A DNA stretch of 57,062 nucleotides from Sphaeroforma arctica JP610 (lineage: Eukaryota): NCBI RefSeq assembly GCF_001186125.1, contig NW_014040463.1, positions 75,722 through 132,783 on the forward strand, given 5' to 3'. The notes beneath the pieces are model-generated. The model did no database searches. It was not told where the DNA came from and saw nothing but the letters and a program-made list of their open reading frames with translations. The position numbers and the translations under genes are program-made. Of this stretch, positions 42,890 to 54,349 are shown in pieces; position 1 is the first letter of the stretch, and each line of letters starts with the position of its first letter.

Positions 42890-45095
42890 TCAGGGTTGCT
42901 CCGGGAACGGGGTCCATGACGACTGTGGTGTAGTCGGATAGGAATCGTCGCCTTGTCCAGCTTCCTCCGTCAAGATCGAATGTATATGTATCTCTGTGGC
43001 AGACTGGGTGTCGTTCCGGGGGACGTCCTCTTGTGTGACCACATTAACCTGTGGTGTGGACGTGTTTGTCGTTGGCTGCCTGTTGGAAAACTGCGACTGG
43101 TGGCGTTCTTTCCCTTGCGGTAGCGTTGTACGTTGCGACGACTGTATGTCTCTGCTGTGAATATTGGTATCTGACGATCGCGATCTATTGTCCTGCACCC
43201 CTGATTGTGCCGCCCTGTAATGGTGACACCGTGGTATGTGTCGGAGGCCTGGAGGTGCTTGCGCCCGGCAGCCGTTACATGTGGTTGCTGTAGCCGTCGC
43301 TGTTGGCCGTTGTTGCCACTGTTGGTGTTGACGTTGACCTATATGGGGGCTGGGTCGACCTGTTGCCTCACTTCTGCCTGTGTTCCCATTGTGACCACGA
43401 CGATTCGTTAGACTTTGTGTGGAACGTATCTGTGCCTCTTGGATATCCGGGTTCAGTAGCTGTAGTAACTCGTGGGTTTCCATCAGTTGCCATTTAGGGT
43501 GCAACTGCAAGGTACGTTCATATGTACGCGAGCCAAGAGTATCCTCCAAGAGTTGAACGATGCAGTAAGTTCTGCTTGAACTCGGCATCTGTTTGACAAC
43601 GCTCATGTGCTCGACGGTGCTTATCCATTAGATAAGTCATCTGTTCCATTACTGGGACGTTGCTGATCTTGAGATGGCCCTTCGCTAGCTTACGAAAGGT
43701 CGGGTCGACCGTCGCCTGAGTCTCATGTGAACAAACTTGCGTAATCTGCAACTCGGGAGTCCACGCCACTAGACGTTGATGATTGGATTTAATATATTCA
43801 AGTGTGTATTGTTCAGCTTTGAAATGACTCAACACTTTGTAGAACCCCAACCCTGATATCTGTGCGTTCTTAAGGGCCTCTCGTAAAGCCCCTTTTGTAT
43901 CGCGCTCCATGATGTTGCTAAGGTTGTATCTGTTAGAAGACCATTCAAGCCAGCTACGAGGTTCTCGTGGCTCCTGTTTGTTCGTTGGACGAGAATCATG
44001 CTTTGCCCGTAGTGTCTCGAGCATGCCTCGTAATGCCTCTGCACGTGGTAAGCTATTAGCCTCAACCGCACTACATAGTTCTTCCGATAGTTTAAACATT
44101 CGTGCGTGTAAAGCCTGACGATCGGCTGCTATACTTTCCGGTGTTGGGGGTGTATACTGCTGGTCGAGTCTTCTACGCTTATCTGCCGATACTGATTGAC
44201 TCGACGGAGTAAGTTCAAGCATCCGTTGTGCCGGTAGCATGTGGCTGAGCGTCTCTTGCTCGAATTGGCGACCTTGTCGTCGTGTGTGCAACGATGCCTC
44301 CATGTTATCGCGACGGTTATCCAATGCTTCTCTACCATGAGGGTTCTCCTGAGCCCGGTGTTGTTCTTGTACAAAGTCATGTAGCGATACTTTGTCCTGC
44401 GGCGCCTCACTTCCCTCCTGGTCCGACGATGTATAACCTAATCCCCGTCGCGACTGGTCTGCCCCTCGGATGCGAAACTTTAAGTTGTCGGATGTCTGAA
44501 GTGTGGTAGATCGTCGTAGGCGCTGTAGACGTCGGTCATACTTCTCTAACAAAGATTGTTGACGGCGGAGGAGACTTGTCAGCTGTTCTGGAGTGTCGTT
44601 CTCTCGATCTCAGTTCTGTCTCGTTCCTCTGGGACGATTACGATGACGTCTGCCCGTTGTGTTGTTTACACCCACTCTCACTGTCGCCGTAGCCTGCAGA
44701 TGGTTCTGTGTTGCCAAACGTGCGGCTCCCATTGCCTCGGGGGTCCCCAACCCCTGTTCCGTGAAGTCTACATCACTAGGTGTAGTAATTCTCTCAGTAC
44801 GATTCTGTTGTGCCATCAATGTACGTTGAAGTACCGACTGATTATTCCGGTGTTCTTAGGTTGTTCGGACGTCCTCCGTCCAGAGCTATTCGTTCTTGGT
44901 GCTGTCGTCTACGTCCGCGCTGATGAATGTTCTCGCGTTCGCGCTGCTCCGGGGGGAGCTGCTGCTGTCGACGGCTTTGTCATGTGTTGGCCATACTCAA
45001 TCGTAGCTTATTGTTTTATTTTTGCGATAAACAATGTGATGTTGGGGGACTTCTTCTTTTGTCTTAATACTCGACGTCCCCATGATCCCATCTTC
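42890..45095 (-). pseudogene. gag-position ORFs (344 aa, 238 aa and upstream fragments)
   Basis: Long ORFs directly upstream of the protease; atypical Cys/His cluster CNGC...HIPRC; assigned by position only. Confidence 0.65.
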
Positions 45096-46650
45096 TAAGT
45101 TATGTGATCACACAACCCATCTCATTCATGTGATATATTCTTGTACCGCGGCCTTATTGCTTCGATGTTGTTCGTCTTGATCGGTCTTGCTCCTTGTCTG
45201 CCCCAATTATCGTAACGAGTACTCTTCACTCTTGTAGATGCCCCGGACTCACGACTCACGTGCGCTTACTCCCTTGATGTGGCTCCGTACTCTCTCCATG
45301 ACTACTCCATCTCACTACTGCGCTTGTTTTTACTCTCTTAAACCGTACCTCCTTACGCATCTCTAGCCTATCCGCAATCACGGTGGTAGACTGCGCTTCT
45401 ACCCCGTTTGACGAACCCTCATTCGCTTCTCACACGCAAGACTCGTAATCTCCTCAGAATCTCTGGGTGTTCCCCGCACACAATGTCACTACACCACAAA
45501 CATTTTCACTCTCACTAACACATATCTTACTCACCGTTTTACTTCTCCTGTGTCAGCATTTCTCCTACACGTACTTATGTCCTAATGTGTTCGTCTGTAA
45601 ACTCTATGAACCTTTCATGCGCATGTGCAACCTTCGATGCGCTAGCATCTAATATCCTGTATAGTGTGTAGTGTGTGTCCTAAGACTTTATCTCCGGTGT
45701 ACTTGACTATGTTCTCTCCTATTTATCTACTTCTGTTAGCGTGTGCACAAAGTCTATCCTTTTGCTATGTTGGCTTCCTGTATCATGTGATGTGTGGTTG
45801 TGTGTATCCAGAGCCCTATTTGTTCTTCTTGTGTCCCTTAACCTCTCATGCCTTACCTAATGTCCTTACTTCTAACTCCTCGTTTCCACTTAACAAGTTT
45901 AGACAGCACTTTCTATACACAGGTCTACGTAGTCAACACTAAGAACAACCTTCACTGTCACACTAGTGCGTGTATCCTCTTTACGTACCTTGTCGATGTT
46001 CCTATTGCTTCCCAACTGGGTGCAGTTTTCAACTAAAGACACCTACCTAAAAAATTTCTGCACTCTTCTTTTGTCGCTGTTTACGTCCTGCTGATGTATC
46101 GCCGTCCAATCCGGTGTATAACCAAATCGATGCGATGGAATTGACCTTAGTGTCCATGTCGATGTTGGTGTTGGTCTCTTTTGATCTTGGCCCAACCCTT
46201 CCTATCTCCTAATTCTATTAGTTCCGGGTGTCGTTTCCAGTGGAACCTTCCCTTCAGACTTCCTCTATTTGCTTTCTGGTGACACCACCCTAACATTCAA
46301 TCGGGCGGGATGACTGCGATTGTATAACATCTGTCTACGATTATGTAGTTCCTTTCGTCTTGTGGTTCTCTCAATTTCCTGAGTTCTCCTAACTTCTTCT
46401 GGTTCTGATGCACTGCTTTCGCTTGTTAACGGTGCTGGCATACTGTCACTAGTGTCACTGCTTACGAAACCACTGTCTGTACCGTCTTCTCTTCGCAATT
46501 ATATTCCATGGGACGCCATTTCCGTGGTCGATGTCGATGTTTGAGTAATCTCTTTCCTCCCTTTTCTAATATAAAATTTGATTTTGGGCCCCCGCTAGTA
46601 TCTATTCCTCTTCAGTATATGTTCAATAATGTCCAACCTATAAGTAAGCT

Positions 46651-46783
46651 CCTACTCGAATTTACTCTGAACGGATAAACCCAGTTTCAAAATATAGTCT
46701 CTAAACCCCTAATACTAAATAAACCTTAATACTAGTAAACCCTAATCCCCAAATAAACCCTGTCCAGGGACCTCCTGACTACA
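46651..46783 (-). repeat. 5' LTR, only the outer 133 bp clearly recognisable
   Basis: Matches 38581-38714; ends ACTACA followed by the GAGA TSD. Confidence 0.85.
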
Positions 46784-47100
46784 GAGAATATGGCATGGCA
46801 TAAGTACATCGCCCCTATTGTATCTTTAGGTAGTATCGGAGCAACGTCTGCTGGAAGGAATAAGCTCCGCTGATACTTTACCGCTTGTTTTTATGTATTT
46901 TTCTACTTTGCTAGATAATCTGTTTTTGTGAATACTCAATCTGAAAATGGAACTGTTTCGATTACATGGTATGCCATAAGTACAGCACCCTTAGTTGGTC
47001 TTTAGATAGTATCAAAGCAACGTCTACTCGAAGGAATAACCTCCGTTGATGATCTAATGTTTTTTTCTGAATTCTTCTAATTTGCTAGACAATTGGATTC
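46784..47100. repeat. Satellite-like repeat, ~176-bp period, about 2 diverged tandem units
   Basis: taagtaca at 46801 and 46977; shared gcaacgtct.ct.gaaggaataa and tttgctaga blocks. Confidence 0.85.
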
Positions 47101-47454
47101 CGAGTAAATTTGATTAACTTGTCAGCTTTATTATATGTAATATAATTGGCAGTTCTCAATAGACCACTAAGAGGTTGAATTTAAAACAGTAGCCTTTGAA
47201 CGTAAAATAGTTGCCGGACAATGTGTCAGCGCAGGTTGTAAACTTGCTAGCTTCGATTTCAACATTTTTATTTCACTTATAACATTCCATCTGTGTTTTT
47301 GTTTTCAATAGGTCAATTGATTCTATATAATACATTATTATTTTTTGCTTTATCGTCCGGTTTTTTTTCTCGAGGGGGACATCAATTTTACGCCCTAGCT
47401 AAGTGTATTGATCGCAATAAATCACGATTGTTTACTAAGCATAAAACTAAAACC

Positions 47455-47890
47455 TCTGGATATGGACTAAGGTTTGACCCTGAGATACTTCCACAGCCGG
47501 TAGCTTTCGCTGATGCAAGCTTTGCCTCTGACACAACAGACCGTATTCAACTAGTGGTTACGTCATTTTTATGTGCATTGCACCTGTGATTTGGGGATCA
47601 AGAAAACAGAAATTGACGGCATAGTCCACGTGCGAAGCAGAAGTTATTGCTCTGAATGATGTCACACAGGAAATCAGTTGGCTGCGAAATTTATTTTCGG
47701 AACTTGGTATCGACATTGAACCAATTGTCATCAATCTAGACAACCAATCGGCGAGAAAATTCGCTGAAGATGATAAGGTGAACCGCAGAATCAAACACCT
47801 TGACTTTCAACACTATTTTATCCGGGATAGGATTCAAGACAATTCAGTTGTACTACGATACATGCCCATGGACGAGATGATTGCTGGGGC
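47455..47890 (+). pseudogene. Ty1/Copia RNase H relic
   Basis: AFADASFASD, (S)TSGYVIF, VIWGSRKQ, STCEAEVIAL, DNQSA, RIKHLDFQHYFIRD, EMIAG; one frameshift and one stop. Confidence 0.92.
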
Positions 47891-48499
47891 AATTGTTTGT
47901 GAAACACAAGACAACCATGGTCAGGCCAAGCATGTCATATTTAAGTTACGTACTTTACGTTTTCTTATTTAGTTTTGGAACAGTTTTTAATTGTAATTGC
48001 TTATTAAGAAATCTGTTTCCAATATATTGCATATATATTAATCTAAAATTGGCTACAATGAACTAAAATTACGATTTCTCTATCACATGATAAATTATTA
48101 AGATTAAGAGATACCTGTCATGTTAATATCATTTCTTTTTTATGATATCCTTTCTTCTTAAATAAAATTTCTTAATTAAGAATGTGTTGCCCGTGTATGT
48201 CCTTTCTTAAATAATTATCACATTAAAGCGTGAAATTTTCTTCATATTTCTTAAAACTTAATGTTGTTGACATACAAATCTCGTTTTTATACTAGGTACA
48301 ATTCAGTATAAACTGTTTGTATATGTTTAACACATGTTATGATGTCTAGTTTACAACTGCACATTACGCAACACAATCAACTCAAAGTACATAGAGCCCC
48401 CGAGTCCGAGTCCTGAACGTATCCGGAATATCGCGTAAGTACTAAGTACACCATCAATTACCATTGTTAATATGGGTGCTACCTCTGGTTCTACTTCTC

Positions 48500-49343
48500 G
48501 CCCTCAGTGGAGACCGTTTATTCAAAGAATGATAGAGAATCTCCATAAGCTTCCAAGAAATGTTCAAAATGTTCTCAGATATCCCCTATCGATCGGCAAA
48601 ATAATACAAATCTAATGGATACCTTCATGTATCAGACTGTCGGTGTTCTAGGCATGGAAAGTGTAAGTATTTACCTGGATGTGGGCTATGGAGTTCTAAT
48701 TGAAGTTCATAGGGCAAACAGACACTATACAATACGAGATGGTTTTGAATGGATAGTACGAGCGTTGAAGGGTTCCATAGGAGGCATGCCTTTTCCTGAG
48801 GTTGCCTCATCCTCATTCATATCCCGCAAGAGTTGCGCTGCCCTTGCAATACCTCCCATCTGATACACTGCTCTAAAAGTTTCTCTCAGATGAGGAGGTA
48901 TACTATTTAGTACTATCATTTTAACACGAGTCTCCATGGAAGCCGCTGCTTGTACCATGGTTTCGTCCCAAGATGTCTGTTTATCTTCTTCCGTCAGCAT
49001 TACAGACATGCCTGCCTTAAGGAACGCTGACAGACCACAGCGTATCATTAAATCATATACAGCCCCTTCATGAGCCTCACTCATGCTTTCAAATCGAGTC
49101 AGCAAATCTTGGTAGCAAGGATGCTCCGTATCCATTCCAGAGTCTGGACTGAGTATCATTGATAGGTAACGATGGTTCTTCTATACCTTCATTATTTTCC
49201 AATTCCGAATACTCTTGTAATCGCTTCACGATTGTGGCAACTTGATACACCGTCATCAATGTGCTGGGTCCACTCTTGCCGTACGTCCTGACCAGTTCTT
49301 GGTCGCCATTCGACATTTCAACGTGGATACACCCTTGAACCAT
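48500..49343 (-). pseudogene. Frameshifted unknown protein-coding relic
   Basis: Overlapping 84-aa, 144-aa and 63-aa ORFs with protein-like composition; no family recognised. Confidence 0.35.
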
Positions 49344-49512
49344 TCTTAAACTAGTAGAGCTTCAGAATTAAAATTGCTGAACTCCTCAAAATAAATTATG
49401 TGTTTATACTTGATCAGTACTTCACACAAGGACTTAGCAGCACTATCAGATGTGTCCAGCAATGGTTGTTTTAGGCTTTGTTTCAAACTGGCGATCTGAT
49501 GTCAGCAGGTAC

Positions 49513-49678
49513 CCAATACCTACGCCTACGCATGTGCATGTGCCTGTCCCGGAAACTCCTTTGCCAATACCTACGCCTACGCATGTGCATGTGCCTGTCC
49601 CGAAAACTCTTTTGCCAATACCTACGCCTACGCATGGGCATGTACCTCTCCCGGAAACTCCTTTGCCAATACCTACGC
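49513..49678 (+). repeat. 51-bp in-frame tandem repeat (3.3 copies; PIPTPTHVHVPVPETPL)
   Basis: Units start at 49513, 49564, 49615 and 49666. Confidence 0.93.
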
Positions 49679-52049
49679 CGCCTGTGACTGTACTTATGGC
49701 ATCGCCCATACCAATAGCACCTGTTGTACACACACAACCACTTCTAAAACACACAAGATTACACACAGGATTTACACACAAGCCAAAACTAGTACCTATG
49801 AAATGATGTATAGCTGAAGTATGTGGGGCGCTATCGAGCAATATTAAGAGTGTCAAACCACATAAGAAAGTATGCAAGGCGCTCAATGATGATCCGACTT
49901 TGTATGAGTTAAGACACAACAAATAAATTATTCACTAAATGAAGCGAAGGAAAAAACCGAAATTAAAACCGAAATCATGTAACGAAGAGAATGAAAACAA
50001 AATCATTAAACGAAGAGAATGAAAATAAAATCATGAAACGAAGCGTGAATTATATCACGCATACACTAATTATAAATAATAATTACACACATATATAAAC
50101 AATACAAATTACATATGTGCACATACCTGTTTTGTATCCACATTCACACTATGGCAGTTCGATTCATTATATACGATTGCCAAGCAAAACGCAAGGATAG
50201 CGTCTCCTTGCATAGGTGGCAACCGATTTGGGAGCCAGTTCTTATTGGTCGAGCAATACCACTGTTGGCGTAGCGCGTATGTGTTGGGCACTTCACAGAC
50301 TTGACTGACGTGAAAATCGATAGTAAGAATCGTCTAAGAATTAGACGAGGATGAATGGCATCGCTACACTTGCCACGAAGGAGCCGTAGCAAATACAGAA
50401 GACTATCTCGACCAGACAGACAAATGTAAACATACATTTATTCCCTACAACATATACTTGACACTATATGCACTGTCCTATATACACATCACTATATACT
50501 CACAAGTCCAGCTTCTTGGCCGATGCTGGGCCATCCGTCATTGCAGCAACTCTATCACTTGCCGCTGCCGGCTTAGTCGTTGTTTGTCAGTCAGCTATCC
50601 TCTCGTTGCTCGACTTCGGAATACTTCCAAGAGAACTATAGCCGACTAATATGGTTTTCCATTGCCAGTTCAGTGTATCCAGAACACTTGTGCTGATTGA
50701 CGTATCTTTATCGTCGCTATCTGCCCATGTGGTAAACGTTCTGTTGTATCGCGGGTGCACTATCATCCTTTGCGCTTCGACGCCCTTACTTCTTGCACAG
50801 GAGGTACGTGCTGGTAGTGGCGTTTGATACGTTAGATTGAATTTGCCAACTAATCTATCTTTATCTGCCCAACTACCACTGGGAACGATACTGACAGTTT
50901 GCAATGCCGGAGCTGTACTACTTGGGAAATAGACGATTCGTGAGAAGTGTTAGAGTGCGGTGTGGTAGACTATAAGTAAAGTGGAAATGTATCTAAAGAA
51001 TATGGTGCGTTCGAATAAATTTATTTATGATCTCACCCTCAGTTATATACTGATGGTGCTTATACTAGTGTTCAACCACTTGGGTTGGCTAGGGTAAAAG
51101 CTCATATGATCAGTATGAGAAACCTTTTGCAGAACACTTAAATACTCGGATATATTTTCTAGAAATAAATATATCATATTCTCTTTTACTACACTCAGTC
51201 TCGGACCTCGGCTCTCGGCTAGCCGGTGGCCCGTGTCCTATAAATAGAATTATCTGAGAAGAAGTTTCAAATCACTCTTACGTTCTCTCGGACTGACCCA
51301 CCTATACAATTTGAGAACAACTCCCAAATTACTCTCGGGCTGACGACGTAAACGTTATTAACGTATATAGAAATACGTCTACTTCTGTAGTCTCTCAATA
51401 AGATCAAGTCTGTGCCATACGTGCTCGCTATTAGTTGCCACCCTTCAGTTAATACGCCTGTAATCCCCTTCTTTTCAATGTATTGGGACGGAATGTCGCT
51501 CAACGATCTATACCCCATATGTGTAAATTGGTGGTTTTGAGTCTTAATTACGCGAAAACGAAACTATCAAACTGACAAAGGTATGTATCTTCATGGTAGC
51601 AATACTTTTTCAATATTCATCGAACACAGTGGTAGTATATAAGTTTATCCTTATACCAAAAAAAAATCATATTGTTCCACACTCGCACAAAACATCAACC
51701 AATGGAGTGTATTGCCACTGCTTCCAACGATGCAGAGCGCAAACAACTACGGAATGTACAATGTTGGAGGCACAAAGAATGCACCTCTCATCAACTTGTG
51801 TGACAATCAGACTGCAACAAGAAACAACGCACTACAACAGACTCACACTCAAGAATATACACAACTGATGGAGAGAGACCGGTTAGAAAAAGAACACAAC
51901 AAATATGAAGCCTGATGTGCATGTAGACATATATTATTTTACCCCAAATTAGAATAATAACACTATCTCTAATAACCCTTAAAAAAATACACCCAAAATT
52001 AAACAAATAAAAAATGAATTGGAGCGATCTCAGTTTAAAATTCCAGATG

Positions 52050-52450
52050 CGCCCTTATTTTATATTCAGGTAGTCTCAGAGCAACGTTCGCTCAAATGAA
52101 TAAGCTCCGTTGATACTTAAACGTTTATTTATCTGTATTTTTCTACTTTGCTAGATGAACGATTTCTTGGGGAAATTCTGTCATAACTTACGACTTGTTC
52201 TTTCAATTCTTTCAACAGTACTCTTCCAATTCAGAGTAGCTCTAAATATGTGTATAACTTGATACGTAAACGTTTATTTTTCTGTATTTTTCTACTTTGC
52301 AAGATGAACGATTTCTTGGGAAAATTCTGTCTGAAAATTAAACTGCTTCAAAAAGATGACATGGTATAGGTACAACGCCCTTATTTTATCTTAAATTAGT
52401 GTCAGAGTAACGTCTGCTCATAGGAATGAGCCCTGTTGACGCTTTTAGCT
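52050..52450. repeat. Satellite-like ~176-bp repeat copies with an internal rearrangement
   Basis: gcccttattttat..gagcaacgt..gaataagctccgttgatact..ttctactttgctagat..gggaaattctgtc, as at 46784-47100. Confidence 0.85.
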
Positions 52451-54349
52451 TATTAAGCAACCCAAAAAAGAATTGGAGCGATTGTAGTGCGCTAATACGA
52501 AATAAATTAGTGTACTAAGGTTTTCGGGAGGAAACCACTTTGCAATGATAAAAACCTCGTTTATTACACAGTTTACTATTCAAGTCGTTGACTTTCTCTG
52601 TACGAATTCTTCATTGTCTACGTAGACCCTATTAATACCATTTCAGTCCGTGAACCTTTGCAAGAATTCTTGTCTGCATCTTCTCAATGAATTTTATGTA
52701 TTTCATACAGATAGTCTTGTAAAACTCAAGTCAAACATCATCAAACATCATATATGCGAATACATGCCTTATACAAATCCCCTTCATTCTTAAATAGGGC
52801 ATATTATATTTATAGTCCAATATATATGCATTAACCATTCTGTTAGTCGTTATTAATCCACGACAATAGATTTTGATGGTGTCATGTTAAACATCAGTAC
52901 CACAACACTAGTAATCTCTATCATAGTTGTTTACTTGGTTTCACCTTGATGTAAACATCATAGTTGTGCTAATTTACACTTTTCAAGTATCCATATCCTA
53001 AAGTATATATTAAGATATTGTCAAAGCTATGTGATATGAATAACCTGTGTATGAACCAAGTCTTGTCATAACTTACGACTTGTTCTTTCAATTCTTTCAA
53101 CATTACTCTTCCAATTCAGAGTAGCTCTAAATATGCGTATAGCATACCGATCTTCGGTGTGCGCCCTACACGCCCCTCGATAGAGTGCTGCTTGTGCAAG
53201 CATCCAGCCTCTGCCGAAACATAACAGTTGCACACAAAAGACTGCTGTTGAACACAGCTAATACTTTGTAAACAGTGATTACAAATTACATCCAAATTAC
53301 ATCTACATAAGCACAGTGTTACATTGCATATACAGGTTGGTACCCTCTGAGCCCATTAAACAGCAGTTGACCTGTACTGTGATTGCAAGCGATAGAGTAA
53401 CTATCTACCATGTGATGATTATGTACAATCGATCTCAGTTTAGATTACAAATCCTAGAAGTCCTTTTAACTCATCGTGCATGCATAGTACTAAGTTTGGG
53501 TGACACTAACCATGTGTCAAACTGGCCAGTGTCTCAAGCAATCTTCACAACTTTGTAACTACAAGCCCCTGATTTGTCCCCCACATGGCGAAATGCATCT
53601 TACTTGCCTACACCATCATCATTCATACTTACCTTGTAGAGTAATGACTACGACAGTGGCTTTGAGAACAGTGATTTTAGTGATTCCAGTATGTCAGCGT
53701 TGCTTTCTGCGAGTCCAAGTGATGAGGATCAGTCCTTCGGTAGTCCATCTATATCTGACATGTCAACAGCTTCGCTAAATCAAAACCGCCATCATAATCG
53801 TCGTATGAGCATCCGGCATCAGAAATACATAATGCGTACGCAAGCCACCCTTGCACAACGGCCGATGTCTTATATGGGTGATCTCCAAGTTTACTACACT
53901 TAAGGTATGCGACATATGGGTTTTTTTCCTTCCTTTATATCTGTCCATGGTGACTTAACTGCTTATTTGTACATGCTGATTTCTCTTCGGTACTCTGCAT
54001 TCTTGCACCATTTACATAGTAAGTTATATCCTATGTCTAAGCATACCTGTTATTTGTATAGCATTACATATAACAAATTCATATATGATCACCATCTATG
54101 ACCACATCCATGTTCTCAGATGTACATTTGTTCATCTGTCTTGTGCGTAGAATCCCATCAAAACCCATCTGAACACACATCCTCAATTGTGTAGGTGATA
54201 CATTCGTTGTGAATATGAATTCTACTAGTTGTGGCGCCAGTAGATGTGACCTTGACAACTCTGGGACACGCAACAGATGTCATTTATCTGTACTAGATGA
54301 CTTGTCACACAACACCTAATATCGACTCCGCACTGATTGCATCCGTGTA

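Larger units (their letters stand above)
38472..46783 (-). mobile_element. Ty3/Gypsy chromovirus-type LTR retrotransposon (8312 bp, decayed) with a Dam-like methyltransferase domain in Pol
   Basis: Ends TGTAGT...ACTACA, GAGA target-site duplication (38468-71 / 46784-87), domain order gag-PR-RT-RNaseH-MTase-INT-chromodomain, PPT before the 3' LTR. Confidence 0.95.

Noticed and set aside
38472..46783. Classification as a DIRS element because of the MTase domain
   Set aside because: It has an aspartic protease, DDE integrase, chromodomain, PPT and TSD; no tyrosine recombinase motifs or inverted LTRs were seen.
53064..53323. TG...CA segment as the 3' LTR of the second element
   Set aside because: No partner LTR, PPT or TSD available to confirm it.
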